Shown here: one piece after another, positions 1 to 9,679 of the stretch
Layout: each line of letters starts with the position of its first letter
Numbering within the stretch: position 1 is the stretch's first letter
NCBI GenBank assembly: GCA_964345305.1
Contig: CAYFQZ010000544.1
Location: 1-34,589, forward strand
Reading direction: 5' to 3'
Origin: an uncultured Ignavibacteria bacterium
Lineage (GTDB): Bacteria; Zixibacteria; MSB-5A5; SM1-73
Length of the DNA: 34,589 bases
Translations under genes and position numbers: made by a program
The notes under the pieces: generated by a model
Seen by the model: the letters and a program-made list of their open reading frames with translations, nothing else
What the model was told of the DNA's origin: nothing
The model's database searches: none

Positions 1-449
1 ATCAGGCGAACAGAAGCTCCCTTGCTCAGGCTGTCAGCATCACAGCTTTCAGCTGAAGTGGGGTTGGAGCAGCAAGCCTTCGGGGCCAGCTAAGCCATCT
101 CACCGCCGGTTATTGAACGATTCACTAATAGAATAATCTACTCCTCCACGACAAGCAAGTACTTTCTTGGCTAACTGCAGGGTTCACGATAAGACCGAAA
201 GCGATCCAAGCCTCGATGAGCCCGTCTGCCTGTCGAAGCTCATTAGCGTATGAGTCCGATAATCGGAGCGGTAGGCTTGGAGAATTCGTCGCTGTGCGGT
301 CGGCGCAGCCAGACCGGCTTGAGGTATTGCATATTCGGCAACCAGGCCTGTCATTCGGGCGGGGTCAATGGAGTTTGCTGCTCGGCGCCTTAGCGTTGAG
401 AATGAAAAAAGGATAACGAGTCCTCTTGGTTTCTGTCTCGGCGGATTGG

Positions 450-490
450 CTAAATGAAAAGCCCTTCTCCTTTAGGAAAAGGGCTTTCTA
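450..490 (-). terminator. Intrinsic terminator downstream of the C25/dockerin gene
   Basis: On the minus-strand RNA, AAAGCCCUUUUCC (from 475-487) pairs with GGAGAAGGGCUUU (from 458-470). That is 13 bp with one G.U, around a UAAA loop, followed by UCAUUU. It lies ~30 nt after the TAG stop at 520-522. The plus-strand version of the stem has a C.A mismatch, which favours minus-strand use. Confidence 0.55.
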
Positions 491-519
491 AACTTGGACA
501 ATAGCCAACAGCCGGTGGG

Positions 520-3500
520 CTAACGGGGTGCAGGTCCCCCCTTGTATAGGTAGTTGAGCAGATAAATCGCATCGGATAAGTTTACTTCTCCATCCTGGGT
601 TATGTCTCCCCTTTCTATCGGGTCCGGGGCGGGTCCATTCTTGAACAAGTAATTGAGCACGAAAACCGCGTCACCAACGTCCACCAGTTGGTCGCCGTTA
701 ACGTCTCCAGCCAACCAGGACGTGGATCGGGGGCCGACACTGACATCATCGATGTAGAAGCCTTCGCCATCGTGGGTGTAATCATCATCGCTGGTGAAAC
801 CGAACCTTACCCGTACGCTCGTACCGGGAGGGATATCCGAGAGATCGTAGCTGTACTCCAGCCAGTCGTTGCCGGTGTTAAGAACTGAATCCAGTGCGCC
901 TCCGGTCCCGATGAAGTCAATAGTATCCGGCAGTCCGGTCGACTCGTGCACAATTTGTACGTGGACCCCGTCCACCCCGTAGTTGGTTACGTCATACCAC
1001 ATCCAGAAGGTCAGATAAGACTCCGGCTCCACTACGAAGGGAAAGCTCTCCAGCCAGGTCTGCTGCCCGTCGTTGAAGTACCACAGGCCTTCTATGCCGT
1101 TGTACCAGCTGTACTCACCGGAGTGTTTTCGGTGGCTGGTCAGGTGCCAGAGGTCACCCGAGCCGCCCAGCGTCCACAGAGCATCGCCCGACTCCATGTC
1201 GTCCTCAAATCCTCCTTCGCCAATATTGAGGATGAAGCCATCCTGGAAAGTGTAGCCATTGGTGGTCTCCAGGCGAAGCTGCAGGTCTGGGAAATGGGTG
1301 ATCGGACAGCTGGGAAGCAGATATACTTCAAAGTCAGCATTCCAGATCTCTGCCGGCCCGATATCACCAAAGCTGCCCACGCTGTCAGTCACCTGGACAT
1401 ACGAATCTGCGCAGGACAGATATCCGATCGCGCCGGTCGCCGTCTCCATACCATTGTTCTTCACGGCTGCCCGAATATAAAAGGTTTCACCCGGTTCCGG
1501 CTTTGCGTTGCCGTTTCCTCCGGAGGTATCATCAACTGAGTAGCCATAATAGCTCAGAGCCGGCGTAACCACAGTAATGGGAATCACGCTGCTCCAGGAG
1601 ACTTCGTAGCCTTCGTTTATCTCCAGGTCGAAGTAGGCAACGTGCCCGTTGGGACAATTGGGATCAATACTGAAACAGTAAGGACCGGAACTGGCGGCAG
1701 TCTCGCCAGGATTTATGGCGCCGAACTCCTGCTCACTGTCGATGACGGTCACGTACGCGTCGCTGGAGCGCAAAGCCGCGTAAACGTTATACTCGACCTC
1801 GCTTCCCCAGTTTTTCAAGGTGACGAACGTGTTTATGGTCTCCCCCGGGTTGGGCAGACCATCCGCGTTCCCTATGGAAACGTCGTCAATGCTGTGGTCA
1901 TCATAGAGAACGCAGCCTCCGCTGGCGAGGACCGCAGCGCTGTCTGCGTGATAGAGGAAATCGTGAGCTGTCACGGTGACCAGCATCTCCCCGGGAGACG
2001 ATGGCGAGATGTCGAAGAGAATCTGTCCCTGCTCATCCGTCAATCCCCTCTGGTAGATCTCCTCACCCTTCATCAGACAGACCAAGGCCTCGGCCATCGG
2101 CTCGGTCGCTCCGGAAGCACTATAGACGGTGACCGGAAACTGGTTGGTTCCAGCGATTATGGTATCCGGATGCTGTACCACCATGGTCCGGGGAGTGTCG
2201 GTCCAAATGGGCATCTCCGGATCACCCAGAAGGTTAACCTGGTACTGGCACCAGCGATACACGTTTTCCTGCCGGGAGAACGGGACGTAGAAGGACTTCA
2301 TATCCGCCATCGCTGCTCCTATATGGTAGACATCCCGGGAGAACACTGATGCGAAGAACTGCTGATCGAACCTGTCCGAGTAGCCATACAGAGGATTTCC
2401 GGGAGAACCCCAGCCGTACCTTGAGTTGCCGATGAATGCTACACCCCCACCGTTCGGATTATTCACAAAGCGCTCTGCAATGCAATCATAATCGATGGCC
2501 GCAGGCCAGCAGCCGATGGAAAAGAGTATCGAATTTCGCGGGCCGTTATGAAGCGCATCAATGTCCGAGCGATACAACGAGCCGTTTCCCACGCCCATCA
2601 CGGTGTACCAGCAGTGCCCGTCGTGGTTGACTATGTTTTGACCCTCATTCAGCGCGGCCATGACTGTCTCGTAGTTTTCGTTCCCCAGGTCCTCGTACAG
2701 TTTGGTGATAGGATCGAACTGCGACGGAACGTGTTCTTCGTCGATCATCTCCTTGCTCAGCGCTGAGTTGGTGTAAGGATTGGACCAAAGGATCTCAGCG
2801 AGAAAGAGCATCTTGGTGGTGTAGTCCGCAGGAGGGTTTTTCTCGTAGGTCAGAATCTTGTCTACCCACGCCTCTGCTTCGCTGATGTCGCTGCACGAGG
2901 CTCTCCCCACAAAGACGTCTGGATATAGATCGACCGAGTCGTCCACCTCCCCGTATATACCGTTACTGTTGGCGTCCCACGATCCGTCCAGATCCGAGAA
3001 ATACAGGTCGCAGGGTATTCGGTTTTCATCCGGGCTCATCCCCGCCTCGCAGTCAAAAGCCCATGCGGTTCGATGAGGCACCAGTTGGGTGTCGCCCGCC
3101 AGAAGTACCCATGCGGTTCCCCAGCTTTGATATGCATCCTTGATGAAATTCCTGATCTCCTCCGCGTTATCCGATCCCGGGTACTGTGTATAAATCCACC
3201 AGGTGTAGACCACGTTGGCTGGCACACCCTTCTGGGTTTTCCAGTCGGCCAGGGGCTGAAAGGCGGACACAAAATCATAGTCGGTGATAATCACGTATTC
3301 GTAATCTCCGGGGGGAAGGGAGGATTTTCTCATCAGTTGCGGCTTGAGGCTCGGCTTGATGCGTTGAGGGTTCAACGCGACCTGCTTCAACATCTTTTGG
3401 TAAGCTTGCTCCACGACCGGTGTACTGCTCCGACCAGCCGACGCCACCTGCCCTCCGGGAGAGTAACGGATCTTGAATTGCACGCTGGAGTAAAACTTGA

Positions 3501-3990
3501 TTCGCTTCTGTGCTGGCACGTATTGCACCGGATACACAAGTACATTTGCCAACTGATGCCCGGCCAGAAAACCGGTCCCGGTATATTCCACCAACTTGCC
3601 GGGATACTCCTCAGCCTGCCTGTAGACCGCAGCTTTAGGCCGGACAAACGACACCGGCTGCTGCATCAGAGAGAGGATCTGAGGAGGCTGTGCCGGGAGA
3701 ATCTCGTACTCACCGATCAGGAATTCGCCTGAGGATGAGGTCACTGCCACCTCCTCAACCTCGGATCCAACAGGCAAAACGATCTGAACCTGCCTCACCG
3801 GAAGCTGAGGTTCACCAACCTGATCGGTCATCTGACGCCCTCTGAGATAGATGACGTCAAATCCGTTTAGGGTGGCGAAAACCAGATCCTCTGAGGAAAA
3901 TTCCACTGTCTGGTAAAGCTCGGCAGGCAGCGCCAGGCCTGCACCGAAGATGCACAGCAGTCCCGTTAAGAAAAAAGCCTTGATACGCAT
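520..3990 (-). CDS. Secreted gingipain-like cysteine peptidase (family C25) with propeptide-like N-domain, CARDB-like modules, lectin/MAM-like region and C-terminal dockerin
   Basis: The long ORF opens at TTG 4014. I prefer ATG 3990, which is preceded by AGGGAG and gives the signal peptide MRIKAFFLTGLLCIFGAGLALPA. C25-type catalytic His and Cys contexts are VNHDGHCWY and FSIGCWPAA. Two CARDB-like modules are visible (LPNPGETINTFVTLKNWG, KPEPGETFYIRAAVKNNG). The stop is TAG at 520-522. Confidence 0.9.
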   Translation of the reverse strand: MRIKAFFLTGLLCIFGAGLALPAELYQTVEFSSEDLVFATLNGFDVIYLRGRQMTDQVGEPQLPVRQVQIVLPVGSEVEEVAVTSSSGEFLIGEYEILPAQPPQILSLMQQPVSFVRPKAAVYRQAEEYPGKLVEYTGTGFLAGHQLANVLVYPVQYVPAQKRIKFYSSVQFKIRYSPGGQVASAGRSSTPVVEQAYQKMLKQVALNPQRIKPSLKPQLMRKSSLPPGDYEYVIITDYDFVSAFQPLADWKTQKGVPANVVYTWWIYTQYPGSDNAEEIRNFIKDAYQSWGTAWVLLAGDTQLVPHRTAWAFDCEAGMSPDENRIPCDLYFSDLDGSWDANSNGIYGEVDDSVDLYPDVFVGRASCSDISEAEAWVDKILTYEKNPPADYTTKMLFLAEILWSNPYTNSALSKEMIDEEHVPSQFDPITKLYEDLGNENYETVMAALNEGQNIVNHDGHCWYTVMGVGNGSLYRSDIDALHNGPRNSILFSIGCWPAAIDYDCIAERFVNNPNGGGVAFIGNSRYGWGSPGNPLYGYSDRFDQQFFASVFSRDVYHIGAAMADMKSFYVPFSRQENVYRWCQYQVNLLGDPEMPIWTDTPRTMVVQHPDTIIAGTNQFPVTVYSASGATEPMAEALVCLMKGEEIYQRGLTDEQGQILFDISPSSPGEMLVTVTAHDFLYHADSAAVLASGGCVLYDDHSIDDVSIGNADGLPNPGETINTFVTLKNWGSEVEYNVYAALRSSDAYVTVIDSEQEFGAINPGETAASSGPYCFSIDPNCPNGHVAYFDLEINEGYEVSWSSVIPITVVTPALSYYGYSVDDTSGGNGNAKPEPGETFYIRAAVKNNGMETATGAIGYLSCADSYVQVTDSVGSFGDIGPAEIWNADFEVYLLPSCPITHFPDLQLRLETTNGYTFQDGFILNIGEGGFEDDMESGDALWTLGGSGDLWHLTSHRKHSGEYSWYNGIEGLWYFNDGQQTWLESFPFVVEPESYLTFWMWYDVTNYGVDGVHVQIVHESTGLPDTIDFIGTGGALDSVLNTGNDWLEYSYDLSDIPPGTSVRVRFGFTSDDDYTHDGEGFYIDDVSVGPRSTSWLAGDVNGDQLVDVGDAVFVLNYLFKNGPAPDPIERGDITQDGEVNLSDAIYLLNYLYKGGPAPR
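523..711 (-). other. Dockerin-type double Ca-binding repeat (C-terminal domain of the 520-3990 protein)
   Basis: AGDVNGDQLVDVGDAVFVLNYLFKNGPAP ... RGDITQDGEVNLSDAIYLLNYLYKGGPAP. These are two D-x-[ND]-x-D-G EF-hand-like loops, each followed by a hydrophobic helix, as in type I dockerins. Confidence 0.8.
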
Positions 3991-4083
3991 AACAGCTCCC
4001 TGGCGATAAGCCAAAAGAAGAAATCAGGTTTGTTTTGACTTTCACTCAATGATACGCACCCGCTTAACCTTTCCCCTGCCTAC

Positions 4084-4111
4084 AATATAGAAAAAACTCC
4101 GGCTCTGTCAA
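4084..4111 (-). promoter_or_regulatory. Near-consensus sigma70 promoter for the C25/dockerin gene
   Basis: The minus strand reads TTGACA (4106-4111), a 16-nt spacer GAGCCGGAGTTTTTTC, then TATATT (4084-4089). It lies ~90 nt upstream of ATG 3990, in the divergent intergenic region shared with the histidine kinase gene. Confidence 0.55.
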
Positions 4112-4387
4112 CCTGCTGGCCCGCAGCCAGGTATCGGTTCTCAGTCATCAGTCGACAGCCGACTTCCTCCTTTTCGACAGCGCACCTCTCTGGCAAAGTC
4201 TTCCGGACGGTATCCGTCTGTCGTGACAGGCCAGCCGGCCTTTCTGTCTCGGGCCTCAGTCGGAAACATCACCCTTTGACCATGGTCTGAGGCTGCCATT
4301 TTTGGGGTTAAACTATGGGTCTTTTCGACCGATAATAAAAAGGAACTGAAAGGCTTGAAGTAAATCCGACTGGGAAAGGGAGAAAGC

Positions 4388-6217
4388 ATGTCAACTCAGG
4401 CCCCGCAGGAGAGGCCTGCGTCCAACGATGAGGGATTGCCCGCAGGAACCAAGATCTCCGGAGAATCCGCTAGAGACGGTGCAGAGCACAAGAGGGAAGA
4501 GATCGACCTGGACGATACTCTGGCTCAGATGGAGACCATTCTTGAACAGGTGGAGTCGGCTCAACCCAGACTGGAAGAAAGCCAGCCGGGTGTTTCCGAA
4601 TCTGCCCGGGTGAGAAGGGACGATCTGGAGGCTCTGCTGGATATTAGCAAAGCCATCAACTCAACGTTGATCCTGGATGATATCCTGCAAATGGTGATGC
4701 GGCGGGCCATAAAGCTCCTGCGCGCAGAGCGTGGCTTCTTGATGCTTTTGGACCAGGAGGGCAACCTGCAGTTCAAGACCGCCCACAACATTTGTAAGGA
4801 ATCCCTCTCCAAAGAGGACTTCCGGATATCCATGTCCATAGCCTCGGGCGTGGCCAAAACCGGTAAATCCATCTACACCTCCGATGCCCAGCACGACGAA
4901 AGATATTCCAAGCAGAAGAGCATCGTGGAGCTGGACCTGAAGTCCATCATGTGCGTTCCGCTCAAGAGCAAAGAAAAGATAATCGGGATTCTTTATCTGG
5001 ACAACAGCTCCAAAAGCAACATCTTTCTCCAAAGTGACCTTTACCTTTTTGAGTTGTTTGCCGGACAAGCGGCCATGGCCATAGAGAATGCCAAGCTCTA
5101 TGAGAACCTTCTGGCAATGAAGATCTACAACGAGACCGTCGTCAATAAGACGCCGGTGGGGATTGTGGTGGTGGACAACGGCCTAAGAGTGACAATAGCC
5201 AACAAGACCTCCCAGGAGATATTCAGGAAAGCGGGCTGGAAAGGGGACTCCAATCGTCATACTCTCAAGAACCTGCCTCTATTGAATCTGGTACCCCCGG
5301 AAGAGAAAACCAGGTGGAAGAAGATCTGCTACCAGGTTCTTTACACCGGCGAGCCTTTCGAGGAAGCCAAGTCGTACCACAGATTCGGGTCGGAGGAGGT
5401 TGCACTGTCCTTGAAGGTGAGCCCCTTGAACGGCCATGACAACCGCATTCTGGGGTTGATTCTGGTCATCGAGGATATAACCGAAAAGGTGATTGCGGAG
5501 AAGTATCTCATCTACTCGCAGAATCTGGTTGCCAAAGGCGAGATGGCAGCCTCCATAGCCCACGAGCTTAACAACTACCTTACCATCATCCTGAATAACG
5601 CCGAGCTGCTGCCGCTGAATTTCGAGCAGGGGCATGCTCAAAAGGTGACAAAGAACACCAAGGCCATCCAGGAAAGCGTGCAGACCATGAAAAGGTTTAC
5701 CGATGGACTGATGGACTTCTCCAAGCTGGAGACGAGGATAACCGAGTACAACCTGCGCACACTGATTGAGGATCTGATCTTCTCCCTGAAGCCTCAAAAA
5801 CAGTACTCCACGATAGAATTCGAGACCGAGTTCGATCCAGATCTACCAACCTTGTCCATAGACGTAGGCCAGATTCAACAGGTTTTTCTGAACATTCTAA
5901 ACAACGCAGCCGAGGCCATAAACGGACTCCCGGATCCTCAGGGAAACATAACCCTCAGCGCGTCATATTCGAGAAGAGAGAGGCTGGTCGAGGTCAAGAT
6001 ATCAGACACCGGATCCGGCATTCCCGAGGAGCTTCTGCCCAGGATATTCGAGCCTCATTTCACCACCAAGAAGGACGGCCACGGCTTCGGGCTGGTCATA
6101 TGCGAGAGAATCATCAAGAATCACCGAGGCGAAATCTCCGTGGAAAGCTCCACTGAGGGAACGACTTTCACCATTACCATCCCGGTGGGCAAGAGCGAAA
6201 CCGTCGAGCCCAAATGA
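4388..6217 (+). CDS. Soluble GAF-PAS sensor histidine kinase
   Basis: 609-aa ORF whose ATG is preceded by GGGAGAAAGC. It has an acidic N-terminal ~90 aa, a GAF-like region (RAERGFLMLLD...IGILYLDN) and a PAS-like region. Kinase motifs are the H-box AASIAHELNNYL, N-box LNILNNAAEA, G1 DTGSGI and G2 GHGFGL. I see no hydrophobic TM segment. Confidence 0.9.
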   Translation: MSTQAPQERPASNDEGLPAGTKISGESARDGAEHKREEIDLDDTLAQMETILEQVESAQPRLEESQPGVSESARVRRDDLEALLDISKAINSTLILDDILQMVMRRAIKLLRAERGFLMLLDQEGNLQFKTAHNICKESLSKEDFRISMSIASGVAKTGKSIYTSDAQHDERYSKQKSIVELDLKSIMCVPLKSKEKIIGILYLDNSSKSNIFLQSDLYLFELFAGQAAMAIENAKLYENLLAMKIYNETVVNKTPVGIVVVDNGLRVTIANKTSQEIFRKAGWKGDSNRHTLKNLPLLNLVPPEEKTRWKKICYQVLYTGEPFEEAKSYHRFGSEEVALSLKVSPLNGHDNRILGLILVIEDITEKVIAEKYLIYSQNLVAKGEMAASIAHELNNYLTIILNNAELLPLNFEQGHAQKVTKNTKAIQESVQTMKRFTDGLMDFSKLETRITEYNLRTLIEDLIFSLKPQKQYSTIEFETEFDPDLPTLSIDVGQIQQVFLNILNNAAEAINGLPDPQGNITLSASYSRRERLVEVKISDTGSGIPEELLPRIFEPHFTTKKDGHGFGLVICERIIKNHRGEISVESSTEGTTFTITIPVGKSETVEPK

Positions 6218-6292
6218 GGATCTCCGCAGGTCGCATCATGGGAAGAAAGTCGATCTTGCGCGCTTCCGTGTCCTTCCGCAATTGTGGTTGAG

Positions 6293-9200
6293 ATGTCCAG
6301 ACAACAACCTTCAAAGATCCTGTCCCGTCGTTACCGGATATTGAGCCAACTGGGCGAAGGTGGAATAGGCAAGGTATACCGATCACACGACCGATGGACC
6401 GGAAGAGACGTGGCCCTCAAGCTGTTCTCTGCCCGGACGGACGACGGCAAGCTCTTGCGGGATTTTGAAAGTGAGTTCCTCCTTCTTACCCAACTCAAAC
6501 ACCCGGGAGTGGTGGAAGCGCTGGACTTTGGCCACTCCGAGCACGGGCCAGAGTCAGGTGATCTGCTGCCCTATTTTACAATGGAGTTTGTAGCGGGCAA
6601 GAGTCTAAGCGAGGCCTGCGCCCGCCTCTGTGATCCTGGAGGCTCACCGCTCGGGTTTGAGAGGCTCAGTCTTCTGGCCTGGCGCATCTGCGACATCCTG
6701 GAATTCCTCCACCTCCGGGGAATCGTCCACTGCGACCTTAAACCGGACAACGTAAAGGTAATCGGCAGAGCGCTTGCTCCCAAGATACTGGATTTCGGCC
6801 TATTCGAGACAATGGGCTCAAAAAGAGAGGAGAACACAAAGGGGACGCTTCCCTACATGGCTCCGGAGATGTTCAAACACGAGCCGTTGGATGGAAGAAC
6901 CGACCTTTACTCTCTGGGGGTCATTCTTTACCAACTCGTCACCTCAAGACTTCCCTTTTCCTCCGATGACCCGGTCAAGATCGTCTCGGCCCATATTCAG
7001 GAGTCGCCCAGACCGCCGTCGGAGTTTAATCCGAACCTCCCTGCCGACCTGGAGGAACTGATACTGAGGCTGCTGGAGAAGTCTCCCGCATCCCGTCCAG
7101 CCAATGCCACACAGGTCAAAGAAATGCTGACCGCGGGGCTGAGATCCTCTTCGGAGAAGACGGACAAGATCGTCTCTTGGCCCCAGAACACCCGCCTGGC
7201 TCACATAAACAGCGGCCCCATGGTGGGAAGACAGCGCGATTTTGACCGGATAGTGCTGGACATGACTTCGGCAACTGGCCAATCCGGAAGCTGTCTTTTC
7301 GTCTGCGGAGAGCTGGGAGTGGGAAAGACTTTCCTTCTCAAGCAGCTCCAGCTGACATCTCAACTGGAAAATATCGTCTACGTGGACGCAAGTTGCTTGG
7401 ATGGTCAAACCCTTGCCTACCAGCCGCTGATGGAAATCCTGCGTAAACTCGAGCCGTACGTTGAGAGCAGATGCAACCAGGGCATGCTGAGTGACTTGAG
7501 AGAGCTCTTCCGCTGGTCCGAAAGTAGCGTCTCCTCCTCTGCGGAAACCCAAGCCTCTTTTCACAGGAGGATTGCCAGACTGCTCTTATCGGTATCTGAG
7601 TCCTTTCCTTTCGTCGCCGTCGTCGAAAATCTGCAGTGGGCCGACCCGCCCACCTTACAGTTTCTGGAGCACTTCCAGACCGAGATAAACAAAGGTAAAG
7701 TCTTCCTGTGTTGCTCCCTGCGCCAAGAGAAACTCACGGGCAACCCAGCAGTAGAATCCTCGGTCAGGCGCTGCCTGGACAACAAGAATACAAAGCGTCT
7801 GGAACTCGGAAGGTTCGATCTTTCGACCACCAGGGATCTAATCTGCTCCAAATTGGCCGAAAACCAATTTCCCCCCGACTTCTTTACCCACGTTTACCAG
7901 AGAACCTCGGGGAATCCGTTTTTTGTGGTCGAGGCTCTCAAATACCTTCTGGAAAAAGACCTGATCATCCTGCGCCAGGGGTCTTGGGTGGTAGACCTTG
8001 GGGGCTTGCGGAGTGCTAAACTTCCTGCCACAATTGAAGCGGTTCTGGTCAAGAATCTGGGTACGTACGATAAAAGGACGCTCGATTTTCTGCAGACCCT
8101 GGCGGTGGTAGGAAACAGATTCTCTCTGCGCCTGCTGAGAGGGCTGACGCTGGCAGAGCCCGACGAGCTGTCGGAACTTTTGTCTCTGCTGACCCGGAAT
8201 CGGGTGCTTGTCCGAAAAGACCAAACCGGCGATGACGACGTCCTGTTCGAGTTTGCCAACCAGAGCCTCCAGAATCTGCTTTATCAGCAACAGAAGGAAA
8301 AGAGGCGAATCAGTTGGCACCGAAAGACTGCGGAGTTTCAGGAGAAGTTGAGTCCGAGCCGGGATGAGGAGGAGGTCTTCGAAATAGCCCACCACTATCT
8401 TCAAGGCAGAAGGCCGCTTAAGGCGTATCAGTATGCCCTTCTCTGCGCAGAAAAGATGGAACGAAGGTTCAGCACCGACGACGTACTGACCTATCTTGAG
8501 GACGCGGCCACAGCCGCTTCGACGTTTTCCGACAGTCAGGAAGCCATGAGAAAGGAAGCCGAGGCACGGAAAAAGAAGGCGGATTTCTGCCTCCGGGTGG
8601 GAGAACTCAATCAGGCAGAGAAGGAATACCTGTCGGTGCTGAGAATGATGAAAGGCAGAAGCGATCGCAAAATCCTGGTGGCGGCGTATAACGGGCTGGG
8701 TGAGGTCTGCCGGCTGAAACACGATTACAGGGGCGGCATAGCTTATCTCAAGAAGGCCATGGAGATTCATGGGGAGCTGAACGATCCTCTCGAACGGGCG
8801 CATACCCTCAGCTTCATGGGGTTGACCTACTGGATAGACAGTCAGTACCAGGAGGCGCTCAGTTGCTTCCGGGAAGCATTGGAGATAGACCGCAGCTTGG
8901 GCGACAGGTTCTACGAGGCCAACACGCTGAATAACATGGGACTGGTTTACTGGTCACGAAGGCAATACCCACAAGCGCTGGAGCACTTTACCGATGCTCT
9001 TTCCGTGTACAGAGAACTGGACAACAAGGAGTGGCTGGCGCGCACTCAAAACAACATCGGCGCCACCCTATTTGAGGTGGGGGATTACGTTCGTTGTATT
9101 GAGCACTTCATGGAGTCCTACAAGCTCAACCGGAAGACCGGTAATGAAAAGGAGATGGCCTTCAACCTGGAGAATCTGGGCGAGGCGTATCGAAAGGTCG

Positions 9201-9679
9201 GTGACTATTCCCGGGCTCTGGAGTATGGCCGGAAGGGACTCAGGCTGGCCACGGACATCGAGTTCACCGACAGGGTGGGACGCATCCTGAAGGGGCTGGG
9301 CGCGACTCATCTGGAGTTGGGTGAGTATGCCGAAGCCGGCGATTACCTGGGGAAAGCCAGAAAGGTGGCGGACGATATTGAGGATAAGGAATTACGCGTT
9401 CTGGTTCTGATCGAGTCGGCCAAACTGGCAACAACTGTCAATGACCTGGGTACTGCAGCCAGGCTCCTGGATGAAGCCACCAGCCTTGCGCGGGCCACAG
9501 ATGATGAGAAATCACTCATCACGCTCCTTCAACTGACTAGCTCGATCGAGAGGAGGCAGGGGAATCTCAAGCAGGCTCTGAAGCTTGTGGACCAAGCATT
9601 CGCCGTCTCGGAGAAGCTCAACGTGGGAGAAGAGACATTCGCCCTGAACCTGGATTGCGCAGAGCTGTATCTGAAATAA
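6293..9679 (+). CDS. Ser/Thr protein kinase fused to an AAA_16/STAND-type NTPase and a TPR array (PknK-like architecture)
   Basis: Hanks kinase motifs are GEGGIGKVY, VALK, HCDLKPDN, DFG and YMAPE. Walker A is GELGVGKT and a Walker-B-like stretch is FVAVVENLQWAD. Many TPR-like repeats follow (e.g. YRKVGDYSRALEYGRKGLRLA). The start is ATG 6293 or GTG 6284. The frame ends at TAA 9677-9679, in the middle of a TPR repeat. Confidence 0.9.
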   Translation: MSRQQPSKILSRRYRILSQLGEGGIGKVYRSHDRWTGRDVALKLFSARTDDGKLLRDFESEFLLLTQLKHPGVVEALDFGHSEHGPESGDLLPYFTMEFVAGKSLSEACARLCDPGGSPLGFERLSLLAWRICDILEFLHLRGIVHCDLKPDNVKVIGRALAPKILDFGLFETMGSKREENTKGTLPYMAPEMFKHEPLDGRTDLYSLGVILYQLVTSRLPFSSDDPVKIVSAHIQESPRPPSEFNPNLPADLEELILRLLEKSPASRPANATQVKEMLTAGLRSSSEKTDKIVSWPQNTRLAHINSGPMVGRQRDFDRIVLDMTSATGQSGSCLFVCGELGVGKTFLLKQLQLTSQLENIVYVDASCLDGQTLAYQPLMEILRKLEPYVESRCNQGMLSDLRELFRWSESSVSSSAETQASFHRRIARLLLSVSESFPFVAVVENLQWADPPTLQFLEHFQTEINKGKVFLCCSLRQEKLTGNPAVESSVRRCLDNKNTKRLELGRFDLSTTRDLICSKLAENQFPPDFFTHVYQRTSGNPFFVVEALKYLLEKDLIILRQGSWVVDLGGLRSAKLPATIEAVLVKNLGTYDKRTLDFLQTLAVVGNRFSLRLLRGLTLAEPDELSELLSLLTRNRVLVRKDQTGDDDVLFEFANQSLQNLLYQQQKEKRRISWHRKTAEFQEKLSPSRDEEEVFEIAHHYLQGRRPLKAYQYALLCAEKMERRFSTDDVLTYLEDAATAASTFSDSQEAMRKEAEARKKKADFCLRVGELNQAEKEYLSVLRMMKGRSDRKILVAAYNGLGEVCRLKHDYRGGIAYLKKAMEIHGELNDPLERAHTLSFMGLTYWIDSQYQEALSCFREALEIDRSLGDRFYEANTLNNMGLVYWSRRQYPQALEHFTDALSVYRELDNKEWLARTQNNIGATLFEVGDYVRCIEHFMESYKLNRKTGNEKEMAFNLENLGEAYRKVGDYSRALEYGRKGLRLATDIEFTDRVGRILKGLGATHLELGEYAEAGDYLGKARKVADDIEDKELRVLVLIESAKLATTVNDLGTAARLLDEATSLARATDDEKSLITLLQLTSSIERRQGNLKQALKLVDQAFAVSEKLNVGEETFALNLDCAELYLK

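Noticed and set aside
150-335. Possible RNase P RNA (rnpB) 3' half
   Set aside because: The P4 5'-strand block GAGGAAAGUCCGGGC and the AGGGUGAAA.GGUG.GGUAAGAGC block are absent where they would have to lie. The resemblance is limited to short GC-rich strings that also recur elsewhere by chance.
216-416. 66-aa plus-strand ORF at the left edge
   Set aside because: It has no SD, an Arg/Ser/Leu-rich sequence with no motif, and no neighbouring plus-strand genes. It is kept only as part of the 'unassigned region' note.
1642-3732. Plus-strand ORFs 1642-2349 (235 aa) and 3073-3732 (219 aa), and smaller ones, antisense to the C25/dockerin gene
   Set aside because: They are shadow ORFs of a well-supported minus-strand gene. 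They have no recognisable domains, and many use non-ATG starts.
4141-4389. 82-aa minus-strand ORF in the divergent promoter region (inner ATG gives MAASDHGQRVMFPTEARDRKAGWPVTTDGYRPEDFAREV...)
   Set aside because: It overlaps the histidine kinase start codon and lies upstream of the mapped -35/-10 of the protease gene. It has no SD and no recognisable domain. A small real gene cannot be excluded, but support is insufficient.
5279-8803. Minus-strand ORFs 5279-5797, 6944-7564 and 7838-8803 (up to 321 aa) antisense to the kinase genes
   Set aside because: The plus-strand frames carry complete HisKA/HATPase, Hanks kinase, Walker A and TPR motifs. The antisense translations have no motifs.
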